From positions 9,424,001-9,488,000 of the forward strand of contig CATNEN010000007.1 of NCBI GenBank assembly GCA_950097015.1: 64,000 nucleotides of DNA, given 5' to 3'. The position numbers and the translations under genes were made by a program. The notes below the pieces were generated by a model. The model did no database searches and was not told the origin of the DNA. It worked only from the letters and a program-made list of their open reading frames with translations. Source of the DNA: Macrostomum hystrix. Its lineage: Eukaryota > Animalia > Platyhelminthes. This document shows, in pieces, positions 49,701 through 60,556 of this stretch (its first letter is position 1; every line of letters begins with the position of its first letter).

Positions 49701-52700
49701 CGCCTGTTCCCCTCAGTCTGCAACTCGCAGGACAAATTCGTCCGCGTAATCGAAGGTTTCCTGCCGATGATCATGACCCTGTCCTGGATCTACAGCGTCT
49801 CCCTGCTGGTGAACGCCATCGTGTACGAGCGCGAGACCCGCATGAAGGAGCTCATGCGCATCATGGGCCTGTCGGACTCTGTGCACTGGCTGTCCTGGCT
49901 CATCACCACCGTTGCTGTGATGTCCATCTCGGCTGTGGGGATGACGATCCTGCTGTCTGTCGGCGGCATCGTGCGCCACTCCGACCCGCTGCTCCTGTTT
50001 CTGTTCATCTTCTCCTTCATCGTCAGCAGCGTCTGCGAGGCCTTCCTCATCTCCGTGTGCTTCGCCGATTCCAGCGTTGCCGCCGCCTTCGCCGGAGTCG
50101 TGTACTTTGTCGGCTACGTGCCGTACTCGGCAGTGGACCGTCTGGCTGACAGCATGACTACCGGCGCCTACGCGGCCGCCTGCGCCATCCCGCAGCTGGC
50201 CTTCGGCATCGGCTGCCGCTACGTGGCCAAGTGGGAGCTGGCCGGCGTCGGCCTGCAGGCCGGCAACCTACGCCTGTCACCAATGTCCGACGACACCTTC
50301 GCGTTCAGCAGCGTCCTGCTGGCGATGTGGCTGGACGCTCTCTGGCTGGCTGCGGCAGCCGCCTACCTGGAGATGGTGTTTCCCGGGCCCTATGGAGTGC
50401 CCCGACCGTTGCACTTTCCTTTCACCAGGACCTTCTGGCTTGGAGAGGCGAAGGCGCCGTTGAGCGATGCCGAACAAGCGGGTGTCGAAGCCGACGACGA
50501 AGAAAAGTCACCGCTGAACAGCGATCGATTCGAAGAGGAGCCCCGCCACCTGCCAATTGGCGTAGCCATTCGCCGACTGCGGAAAGTCTACGATGCCCGA
50601 CCTCCGGCTGCCAGGTTCTTCGGCGCCACCGCTGCCGGTTGCTGCGCCGGTGGCGATTTTAGGGCTCCTCCAGTGGCCGCAGTCGACTGCCTGACGGTCA
50701 ACTTCTATCAGGGCCAGGTGACGTCGTTTCTCGGCCACAACGGGGCAGGTAGGCAACGTGCATAAGCCTTCCTTATCAATTTTAATTGAATAAAAAAATT
50801 GAATTTTCACGTGCGTATCTCAGCTACAGTCGCGGTGTCCTCTACGATCTCACCGATAAGCCACTCCTTCCCAATTGCCTCGAAGGCAAGAGCACGACCA
50901 TCTCCGTGCTGACTGGCCTGTACACGCCCACATCCGGCACCGCCCGCATCTACGGCCTGGACATCCGCACTCAGATGGACTCTGTCAGGCGCTGCCTCGG
51001 CCTCTGTCCGCAGCACAACATCCTGTACGATAAACTAACAGTGCAGGATCACATCTACTTCTACGGCATGCTGAAGGGCCTGACCCGGGCGCAGATCCGG
51101 CCGCAGGTAGACGCCTTTCTGCGCCACGTCGGCCTGCTGCACAAGCGGCGCGAGCTGAGCAAGAATTTGTCCGGCGGCATGAAGCGGCGACTCTCAGTTG
51201 CCATGGCGTTCGTTGGCAACTCCAAGCTGGTGGTCTTGGACGAGCCCACGGCGGGTGAGCCTGCCCTCTGCTCACTCTGGTCTCTGCTCACTCTGTTCTC
51301 TGCTCACTCTGGTCTCTGCTCACTCTGGTCTCTGCTCACTCTGGTCTCTGCTCACTCTGGTCTCTGCTCACTCTGGTCTCTGCTCACTCTGGTCTCTGCT
51401 CACTCTGGTCTCTGCTCACTCTGGTCTCTGCTCACTCTGGTCTCTGCTCACTCTGGTCTCTGCTCACTCTGTTCTCTGCTCACTCTGTTCTCTGCTTACT
51501 CTGGTCTCTGCTCACTCTGGTCTCTGCTCACTCTGGTCTCTGCTCACTCTGGTCTCTGCTCACTCTGGTCTCTGCCCAGTCCATGGACTGAATCAGTTCA
51601 TTTCTATCGCTGGGCTGCAAACGCATGCAATTGTCCTACCATCACTGGATAGGGGTGGATCCGCACGCACGCCGCGGCATCTGGGAGGTGATCGGCAAGT
51701 TCCGGTCCGGCCGCACCATCCTGCTGACAACGCACCACATGGACGAGGCGGACATCCTTGGTGATCGGATTTGTATCATCGACCGAGGCCGACTTGTCTG
51801 CAGTGGCTCGCCGCTCTTCCTTAAGAAGGCCCTGGGCGACGGCTATGCACTGACGCTAGTGAGATCAGCGGAGCCAGCTTCTCCAGTCGATGTTACTGAC
51901 GCCGCTGATTCTGCCGCGCTCAGCTTGGTGCGCCAGGCGGTGCCGGACGCCAGACTGGCCGAGGCTACGACTAGCGAGATCCGGCTGCGCCTGCCAGCCA
52001 GTTCAGCTGTCGGGTTCGCCGCGCTGTTCGACCGTCTGGACACCGCCATGCCGGAGCTGGGCATCTCCGCCTACGGCATCGAGGACTGCTCGCTGGAGGA
52101 GGTCTTCTTGAAGGTCAGCGAGGGACATTGCGAGCTCTGGGTAGTCAGGGTACTCAAGGTAGTCAGAGTAGTCAGGGTAGTCAGGGCAGTCAGGGTAGTC
52201 AGGGTCGTCAGGGTAGTCAGGGTATTCAGGGTAGTCAGGGTATTCAGGGTATTCAGGGTAGTCAGAGTAGTCAGGGTATTCAGGGTAGTCAGGGTAGTCA
52301 GGATAGTCAGGGTATTCAGGGTATTCAGGGTAGTCAGAGTAGTCAGGGCAGTCAGGGTAGTCAAGGTAGTCAAGGTAGTCAAGGTAGTCAAGGTAGTCAA
52401 GGTAGTCAAGGTAGTCTGGGTAGTCAAGGTAGTCAAGGTAGTCAATGTAGTCTGGGTAGTCAGGGTAGTCATATTATGTCATTAAATAAAATGGCAAGCT
52501 TGAGGTACGTCACTCTTACTTATGACTGACATAATCTATTTCAACTAAATTAATTTTTTTGCTAAGGTAACGGGTTGCGCCGACGGCGAGGATGTCCCTG
52601 ATGGCAACGGCGAGGCCAAGCCAACGGTCGATGGCGTCAACGGTGTCAATTTGTCGAAGTCGCAAAACGGCACAGCTGCCGCCGGCAACACCGAGGACAG

Positions 52701-55700
52701 CTTCGCCACCCGCGAAGCCTCCCTGGCTCAGCAGGCCCGCGCGCTACTGTCGGCCCGGCTTCGCTTATCGTCGCGCTCGGTGGCGCGCTGGCTGGCGGAG
52801 CTGCTGCTGCCTACCGGCTTCGTGCTGCTGGCCCTGGCCCTTTTGCAGATTGTGCCCAGGGACGGACTGAACCCACCGCTGGAGCTGGCGCCCTGGTACC
52901 TGCTTGGCACCCGGGATCCGGCGGCCGCCACCAGCCAGGTGAGTTGCCATAGATTGTCACGTGACAGTTTAAGAGCCTAAGGATACAGAGATTTGGTAAT
53001 TTTCAGTACGTTTGTGCTTAAAATGCGGAGCACAGTGGAGCTGAGTTTCCTATCCCACGCTATCTCGGTTGAGTCCGAGGTAGAGTGACCGGTCTCTGCT
53101 AAAGAAAGTCCTGAGCATCTTTGTTGTCGCACTCGCGGACGTGCAATAGTTCGCTCTCGAGGTCTCCTTAAAAGGCAGCAGGCGGGGATGGGGGACGGCC
53201 ACAACAAAGGCAGGGGTTGGCTGATCACTAAAGCCGGTTCGCACAGGCGCAAGCAAAATGCAAACCAAAGCATTCTGATCAGAGGCAGGGGTGAGTGCGA
53301 GAGCTGTCCTACACGTTTCCCTCTCTTGCACCAAGGTCCCTGAGCTCGATTCCGAGGCGAGGCCATACACTTATCTGGGGTGCAGCCGTGGAGAGAAGGC
53401 TTGGCGGCTTGTTGTGCAATTGACGCCCTTGAAGGCCAACCTCCAAGGCAAAGTGAGGGTGTACACTGCCTGCTGATGAGAAAGTCAGGGCAGATGTACA
53501 CACTTGTCGGCGTGTGTGGTCATGAGTCAGCAGAATAGGAAGAATTGCCTACTTGCTGGTTGTGTAACTGTCTGTAGACTGTCACCAAATAATGTGCCTG
53601 TGCCCAGTGGCCCTCTTGCAATAAATATTTTTTCTAATCAGAGGCCGCAATTTCCCTCGATTATCCGCGCAGGATCTCCGCACCTTCGTGAGCCTGGCCC
53701 GGCCGGATGCCAGTGCTCACCTCCTGACTCGGCACCTGCGCTCTGTTGAGCACCTGGGCACTCGCTGCATGCGGCCGGACCTGTTCAGCAACCCCCGCTT
53801 TCCCTGCAAGTGGGACCGGGCCGGCAGCGCCTGGTCGGCGGCGCCCGAAAGTGCCATCACCGGCGTTGTCGTCGGCCAGTGCCGCTGCCGGCCGGAGTCC
53901 GCGGGAGGCGGGCCGGACTGCCCGGCTAGGCCGGACCAGCCGCGGCGGGCGCTGATGAGCGGCGACCTGCTGGAGGACTTGAGCGGCCTGCGCGGCGGCC
54001 AGAGCGGCTTGACCGACTACCTGCGCGCCTCCACCATGCCGGACTACCGGCGCCGGTTCGGCGGCTTCCGCCTGTTCGTTGAGAATGCCTCCACTGCGAA
54101 GGCCAGGGCTGGCGCGGTTGACGAAGCCTGGCGCTCACTAGGACTGCTGAACGTGAGCGAGGATAACTCGGACAGGTGCGTTGCCACAGCGGACCAATCA
54201 GAGCACCCGACTCAGAGCATCGCTTAAGTTGAGAAGCGATAAAAGCATTTTATTTCCCCTTGTATTTCCCTCCCGCAGCTTCTGGTCCCTGCTGAGCCGC
54301 CTGTCGCTGCCAGAAAAATCGCGCCTCTCGGCCCCCGCTGTCCCCCAGCACGAAGTTTGGTTCGACAATCGAGGCTACACGGCCGGTCCAGCCTACCTGA
54401 ATGTGCTGCACAATGCCCTGCTCCGATCCCTGATCCCAGCCGGGGGCAACGCCTCGGACTTCGGCATCTCGGCCTGGACCCACCCCATCACCAACCGGCC
54501 CAGCTGGGCCTCCAACGCCATCAAGATGAATGCCTTCGTCTCGGCCATGACGGTCGTGTCCGTGTTATTCGCCCTGTCATTTGTCCTGTCCAGCTTTGTA
54601 CTTTTCCCCATTGCGGAGCGGCGGAGCGGCGCTAAGCATCTGCAGCTGGTGTCCGGTGTGCCGCCTGCTCTCTACTGGCTGGTCAATCACGCCTGGAGCC
54701 TGGCCAACTACCTGGCCCCCGTGGCCATCCTGCTGATCCTGTTCGCCGCATTCGACTGTCGCGAGTTTGTCAGCGCCGGCACAATCGGCCCCGCCCTGAC
54801 CGTCCTGCTGCTGTACGGCCTGGCATGCGCCCCACTCATGTACTTGGCCACCTGGCGCCTGGGGGTGCCCAGTAAGGCCTACACCTTGCTGGCCTGCGCC
54901 AATGTGGGCCTGGGCTTTGTCACCACAATGTCTGTCACCATCGTGCGCATGATTGGCGAACAGAACAATGTGAGTCACTCGCGAATTTTATCAATTTGAG
55001 CACAAATTTGAGCACATTTTATCAATTGGGTGCACGGCGGGGGTAACTATAGCTTCACTTTAACATTCAAAAGCCTTGTCATATAAGTACTTATGAAAAA
55101 AAGTATTTTTAGTATCGAACTCCACTTGCACACCCCAGGATCAACGAATGCAGCGCATCTCTGAGGCTCTGAAATGGATCTTCATGATACTGCCGCACTT
55201 CTGCCTCGGCCATGGCCTTATGGAGCTGAACATCTACTACCAGCTGTCCGTGCGTCTGCTTCAGATGGCCGGCCGCTACGAGATGCGCGAGTACTTTTCT
55301 GACAGCCTGGTCTTCCACAGCAACGCCTGGGAGGCCACCAGGATGTGAGACTATTACAGCTGACAGACTGGGGGTGTTACAGCTGACAGACTGGGGTGTT
55401 ACAGCTGACAGACTGGGGTGTTACAGCTGACAGACTGGAGCGTTACAGCTGACAGACTGGGGTGTTACAGCTGACAGACTGGGTGTTACAGCTGACAGAC
55501 TGGGGTGTTACAGCTGACATACTGGGGTGTTACAGCTGACAGACTGGGTGTTACAGCTGACAGACTGGGGTGTTACAGCTGACAGACTGGTGTGTTACAG
55601 CTGACAGACTGGGGTGTTACAGCTGACATACTGGGGTGTTACAGCTGACAGACTGGGTGTTACAGCTGACAGACTGGGGTGTTACAGCTGACAGACTGGG

Positions 55701-58700
55701 TGTTACAGCTGACAGACTGGGGTGTTACAGCTACAGACTGGGTGGGAATGGGACTCAGGGCAATGGAGGACTGCTCACGCTGGGAATGGGACTCAGGGCA
55801 ATGGAGGACTGCTCACGCTGGGAATGGGAGTCAGGGCAATGGAGGACTGCTCACGCTGGGAATGGGACTCATTGTGAGCACTCCCACCCTCCCCTTGTCT
55901 ATCGCCCATTTCAGCTATATCATCGCGTTGGCCATCCAGAGCATTGTGTACTTCTCAGCCGTCCTGCTGATCGAGTACAGCGGTTCCATGCTGTCCGCCC
56001 TCCGCAGTTGCCGCCTCCACCCCCTCTGCCAGGCACTTCGCCTTTGCGGCCTTTGGGGCTGCCAATCGAAGACCAACGGCAACGCCGAGGACGAGGCAAT
56101 CTGCCTGGACGAGGATGTCGCAGCCGAGGAGGCGCGCTGTTGCCAGTCTGGCAACGGCAGCTCCGACACGGCCCTGGAGCTGCGCCGCCTCGCCAAAGAG
56201 TTTCGCGGTCGCGGCGGTCGCCGCATCGCCGCTGTTCGCGGTGTCAGCCTCGCCGTAAGCCGACGGGAGTGCTTCGGCTTCCTGGGCGTCAACGGCGCCG
56301 GCAAGACGACCACCTTCCGCATGCTGACTGGCGAACTGGCGCCCAACAGCGGCGATGCCTTCGTCTGCGGTCGCTCTGTCATCACCGAGGCTAGAGAGGT
56401 GTCTCCATTGTCCCATTCCTTGTGTCTCCAGTGTCCCATTCCTTGTGTCTCCAGTGTCCCATTCCTTGTGTCTACAGTGTCCCATTCCTTGTATCTCCAT
56501 TGCCCCATTCCTTGTGTCTCCTGTGTCCCATTCCTTGTGCCTCCTGTGTCCCATTCCTTGTGTCTCCAGTGTCCCATTCCTTGTGTCTCCTGTGTCCCAT
56601 TCCTTCTGTGTCTCCATTGTTCCATTCCTTGTCTCCATTATTCCATTCCTCGTGTCTCCATTGTCCCATTCCCAGAGTGAGAAGTCCTCCATTGCCCTGA
56701 GTCCCATTCCCAGAGTGAGCAGTCCTCCATTGCCCTGACTCCCATTCCCAGAGTGAGCAGTCCTCCATTGCCATGAGTCCCATTCCCAGAGTGAGCAGTC
56801 CTCCATTGCCATGAGTCCCATTCCCAGAGTGAGCAGTCCTCCATTGCCCTGACTCCCATTCCCAGAGTGAGCAGTCCTCCATTGCCATGAGTCCCATTCC
56901 CAGAGTGAGCAGTCCTCCATTGCCATGAGTCCCATATTATGTTTACTGAGCTGAAAGCCAAAGCAGTCGCACCGCCCCTTCCCACCGCTGCCAGGTGCAC
57001 AGGCGTCTCGGCTACTGCCCGCAGGCGGACGCCGTGCAGCCGCTGCTGACCGGCCGCGAGGTGCTGCAGCTTTACGCCAGGATTCGGGGAGTGCCCGAAC
57101 ACGCAGTGCCAGCCATGGTGGAAGCCATCGCCAAGCAGTGAGTCGGCTCACAATCTCCTCATTGGGTTTTTGGCAGTCTTTTCGCTTTTTGGAATCTGCA
57201 GGAAAATTTGAATGATATCTGAGCACACCCGAGTGCTCCCGAGCACATGTCAATAGACTCGAACACATTCAAATACATCTGATCACACCTGTACATACTT
57301 AAGAGTACATCTGATCACACCTGTACATACTTAAGAGTACATCTGATCACACCTGTACATACTTTAGTGTACATCTGATCACACCTGTACATACTTAAGA
57401 GTACATCTGATCACACCTGTACATACTTAAGAGTACATCTGATCACACCTGTACATACTTGATTGGACCTGAGGACCTGAGTACAAGGAATATGAGCACA
57501 CTTCAGAACATTTGAGCATATTTTCACACTCCTGAGCGCAAGGACACGCAATCAGATGTGTAAGGCAGTTACAAATCTATTCAAATGGTAATTACAATCG
57601 TCTTGCACTGCAGGGTGGGCATCCAGCAGCACATTGACAAGGTCACGGAGCAGTACAGCGGTGGCAACAAGCGCAAGCTCTCCTGCGGCGTCGCCTTCAT
57701 CGGCGGGCCGCCGATTCTCTTCCTGGACGAGCCGACCGCCGGTATGGATCCCAAGGCCAGGCGCTCGCTGTGGCGCTGCATCCAGGACATGCTGGCCCGC
57801 GGCTCCTGCGTGATCCTCACCAGCCACAGCATGGAGGACTGCCAGGCCCTGTGCCACCGGCTCACCATCATGGTGAGGCACGGCAGTTCACCTCCATAGA
57901 GTTGCTATGGAAACCACTTATAACATTAAGTTTTAAGACTTGATTATACTCTTCGGTTTTTATATTTTGTTCTTTTGTTTTCTCGCTACTTCAGGTGTTT
58001 AGGGATTTTTTAGGTTCCCTCATAATTTTATGGATTTTTCGATTTTGGGGTTGCCTCATCATTTTAGGGATTTTTCGATTCCGGGGTTGCCTCATCATTT
58101 TAGGGATTTTTCGATTCTGGGGTTGCCTCATCATTTTAGGGATTTTTCGATTCTGGAGTTGACCCAACATTTTAGGGATTTTTCGATTTTGGGGTTGACC
58201 CAACATTTTAGGGATTTTTCGATTTTGGGGTTGACCCAACATTTTAGGGAATTTTAGATTTTGGGGTTGCCTCATCATTTTCGGGATTTTTCGATTTGCA
58301 GTGCCCATTGCAGTGCGTTTCAAGTACAAGTGGCCAAATTCTGAGCTGATTACATTTCCATCTCAGAGCCACCTTTGCCCACTTATTTGACTCACCCACC
58401 TCACCCGCCTGCAGGTGAACGGCCAGCTGCGCTGCATCGGCAGTCCGCAATATCTGAAGAGCAAATTCGGCCAAGGCTTCACCGTCTACCTGCGTGTGGC
58501 GAAGCCTGCGGCGGCGGAGCAGGCCGCGGATGCTGCCGACTCAACGACCGGGCCGAAAGCGGAAGTGAAAGCGGAAGCGGAAGCGGAAGCGGAGGATTCG
58601 CTGACCCCGGAAATGCGGCCGGCGCACGCGCATTTTGTGGCGGCGTTTCCTGGCGCTGAACTGCGCTCCGCCCACGTCTGCCAGCTTCAGTACCGCCTGC

Positions 58701-59399
58701 CCGGCGAGCGCCTCGGCTGCCGGCTGGCTGGCCTGTTCGCCGAGCTGCAGGCCATGCGGAAGGCCGGACTCGTGCTCGACTACTCGGTGACTCAGACCAG
58801 CCTAGACCAGGTGCGACTCGGTCACAATGGCCTCCCTGACCACCTGATCCTCAATCACAATGGCCCTGACCACCTGATCCTCAGTCACAATGGTCTCCCT
58901 GACCCCTGATCCTCAGTCACAATGGTCTCCCTGACCCCCTGATCCTCAGTCACAATGGTCTCCCTGACCACCTGATCCTCAGTCACAATGGTCTCCCTGA
59001 CCCCTGATCCTCAGTCGCAATGGTCTCCCTGACCCCCTGATCCTCAGTCACAATGGTCTCAGTCAAAATGGGTCCTCCATTTCCAGTAAGTGTCGGCGCA
59101 CATTTTTAATCAAGCCAGAAATCTGGTTCTATCGGGTCTCATTCACCCCGTCATCTCAGGTGTTTATCGACTTCGCCAAGGACCAAACCTCTGCGGATGG
59201 CAAAGCGGATGCAGCCGCGGCCCAGGACGGGGGTAAGCGGGCGATTATAATTAAAAAAAGCGTTTACTGACTACACTACTCGTTAGTAGCAATAAAAGAG
59301 AACGCTAAGTGCCTCATTGTGTTTGGCATTTGAAACCGCTGGCTGAATTTCTCAGGTGCAGCTGAAGGCAAGAAGACCGTCGGGGCCACCAGCTGCTAG
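43783..59399 (+). CDS. ABCA: ABC transporter subfamily A (ABCA1/2/4/7-like full lipid transporter, ~2379 aa)
   Basis: Exons 43783-43851, 43960-44183, 44656-44774, 45459-45577, 45660-45839, 46383-46463, 46555-46945, 47567-47715, 47946-48065, 48522-49094, 49635-50748, 50886-51254, 51653-52113, 52567-52938, 53673-54175, 54279-54969, 55139-55344, 55915-56398, 56995-57137, 57614-57872, 58415-58810, 59160-59232, 59356-59399 (sum 7140 nt). Motifs [96 protein letters not shown]. Confidence 0.93.
44238..44452. repeat. ~40-bp minisatellite CTCCAGACTGATGGGGTGGGTGTC... (ABCA intron 2)
   Basis: About 5 copies. Confidence 0.88.
45054..45410. repeat. 42-bp minisatellite GGCTTGAACTGGGATTATTTGGGATCTAGCTGAATCTCTGCA (ABCA intron 3)
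   Basis: About 8.5 copies. Confidence 0.92.
45885..46341. repeat. 44-bp minisatellite GGCAGTTGTGTCAGGTCTGGTTCGCATGCTCAGGTAGATAATTA (ABCA intron 5)
   Basis: About 10 copies. Confidence 0.93.
46968..47455. repeat. 23-bp minisatellite GATCTTTGAGTCTGCAGATTTGG (ABCA intron 7)
   Basis: About 20 copies, degenerating 3'. Confidence 0.92.
47733..47926. repeat. 23-bp minisatellite GACAGGTACACCAGMTTGACACT (ABCA intron 8)
   Basis: About 8 copies. Confidence 0.92.
48105..48515. repeat. 12-bp minisatellite CAGTCACACCCT (ABCA intron 9)
   Basis: About 33 copies. Confidence 0.95.
49229..49511. repeat. 23-bp minisatellite ACAGACAGGTATCCCAGGTTGAT (ABCA intron 10)
   Basis: About 12 perfect copies. Confidence 0.95.
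51266..51575. repeat. 16-bp minisatellite CTCTGCTCACTCTGGT (ABCA intron 12)
   Basis: About 19 copies starting ~10 nt after the donor. Confidence 0.95.
52140..52471. repeat. 9-bp repeat GTAGTCARG (ABCA intron 13)
   Basis: About 36 copies. Confidence 0.93.
53288..53622 (+). mobile_element. Diverged SINE copy in ABCA intron 14
   Basis: GCTCGATTCCGAGGCGAGGCCA, GGAGAGAAGGCTTGG, GGCCAACCTCCAAGGCA and GATGAGAAAGTCAGGGCAGATGTACAC blocks match the family. Confidence 0.82.
55354..55742. repeat. ~22-bp minisatellite GTTACAGCTGACAGACTGGGGT (ABCA intron 17)
   Basis: About 18 copies. Confidence 0.93.
55743..55871 (+). repeat. 38-bp minisatellite GGGAATGGGACTCAGGGCAATGGAGGACTGCTCACGCT (ABCA intron 17)
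   Basis: About 3.4 copies; reverse complement of the 56663-56935 array. Confidence 0.92.
56399..56662. repeat. 23-bp minisatellite GTGTCTCCAGTGTCCCATTCCTT (ABCA intron 18)
   Basis: About 11 copies; the first copy begins at the splice donor. Confidence 0.9.
56663..56935 (-). repeat. 38-bp minisatellite, inverted copy (ABCA intron 18)
   Basis: About 7 copies of TCCCATTCCCAGAGTGAGCAGTCCTCCATTGCCMTGAS. Confidence 0.92.
57274..57460. repeat. 32-bp minisatellite TACATCTGATCACACCTGTACATACTTAAGAG (ABCA intron 19)
   Basis: About 6 copies. Confidence 0.9.
58032..58297. repeat. 36-bp minisatellite CATTTTAGGGATTTTTCGATTTTGGGGTTGCCTCAT (ABCA intron 20)
   Basis: About 7 copies. Confidence 0.9.
58821..59065. 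repeat. ~33-bp minisatellite CAGTCACAATGGTCTCCCTGACCCCCTGATCCT (ABCA intron 21)
   Basis: About 7 copies starting ~10 nt after the donor. Confidence 0.9.
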
Positions 59400-59749
59400 C
59401 TGCCTGCACGGAGGCACCCAGTGTTGATAGGAAACAGCAGTCACTGCTCTCAAAACACAAGCTCTGTCGCAATAATTGCTGCTGTTTATTTTTCGTACAA
59501 TGTGGCTCAGCCGCTCACATGGTTACTGACCGATCCCAGCCATTTCATTTTAACACTCATTGCATCTGCTTACTTTTATCTTTCACTTCCAGTTTAACAT
59601 TCATTTGGCAACTCGTCCAATCTCAAACATTTTATTTTGTGTTTATAGCGTTGCTTAGTGTACATTTAGTGCATCAAATTTAACAATCTCTTTTGTAAAC
59701 ATTATTTTACTTTACTTTTTTTGCTTAAAATTTTCTATCATTCGTATTG

Positions 59750-60556
59750 TTATTGGACAGCAGGCAGCTGTCCCCAGTCTAGCCCAGTGCTGCTATTGGA
59801 CAGCAGGCAGCTGTCCCCAGTCTAGCCCAGTGCTGCTATTGGACAGCAGGCAGCTGTCCCCAGTCTAGCCCAGCGCTGCTATTGGACAGCAGACAGCTCT
59901 GCCCCAGACTAGCCCAGCGCTGCTATTGGACAGCAGGCAGCTGTCCCCCAGACTAGATAGGCCAGTGCTGCTATTGGACAGCAGGCAGCTGTCCCCAGTC
60001 TAGCCCAGCGCTGCTATTGGACAGCAGACAGCTGTCCCCCAGACTAGATAGGCCAGTGCTGCTATTGGACAGCAGGCAGCTGTCCCCAGTCTAGCCCAGC
60101 GCTGCTATTGGACAGCAGACAGCTCTGCCCCAGACTAGCCCAGCGCTGCTATTGGACAGCAGGCAGCTGTCCCCCAGACTAGATAGGCCAGTGCTGCTAT
60201 TGGACAGCAGGCAGCTGTCCCCAGTCTAGCCCAGCGCTGCTATTGGACAGCAGACAGCTGTCCCCCAGACTAGATAGGCCAGTGCTGCTATTGGACAGCA
60301 GGCAGCTGTCCCCAGTCTAGCCCAGTGCTGCTATTGGACAGCAGACAGCTGTGCCCCAGTCTTGGCCAGTGCTGCTATTGGACAGCAGGCAGCTGTCCCC
60401 CAGACTAGATAGGCCAGTGCTGCTATTGGACAGCAGGCAGCTGTCCCCAGTCTAGCCCAGTGCTGCTATTGGACAGCAGACATCTGTGCCCCAGTCTTGG
60501 CCAGTGCTGCTATTGGACAGCTGTGCTCCAGTCTAGCCCTGTGCTGCTATTGGACA
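59750..60556. repeat. 43/48-bp minisatellite with internal hairpin GGACAGC-AGRCA-GCTGTCC, downstream of the ABCA stop
   Basis: About 18 copies of alternating 43- and ~48-bp variants. Confidence 0.93.

Noticed and set aside
58032-58297. Interstitial telomere (TTAGGG)
   Set aside because: One TTAGGG per 36-bp unit, never tandem.
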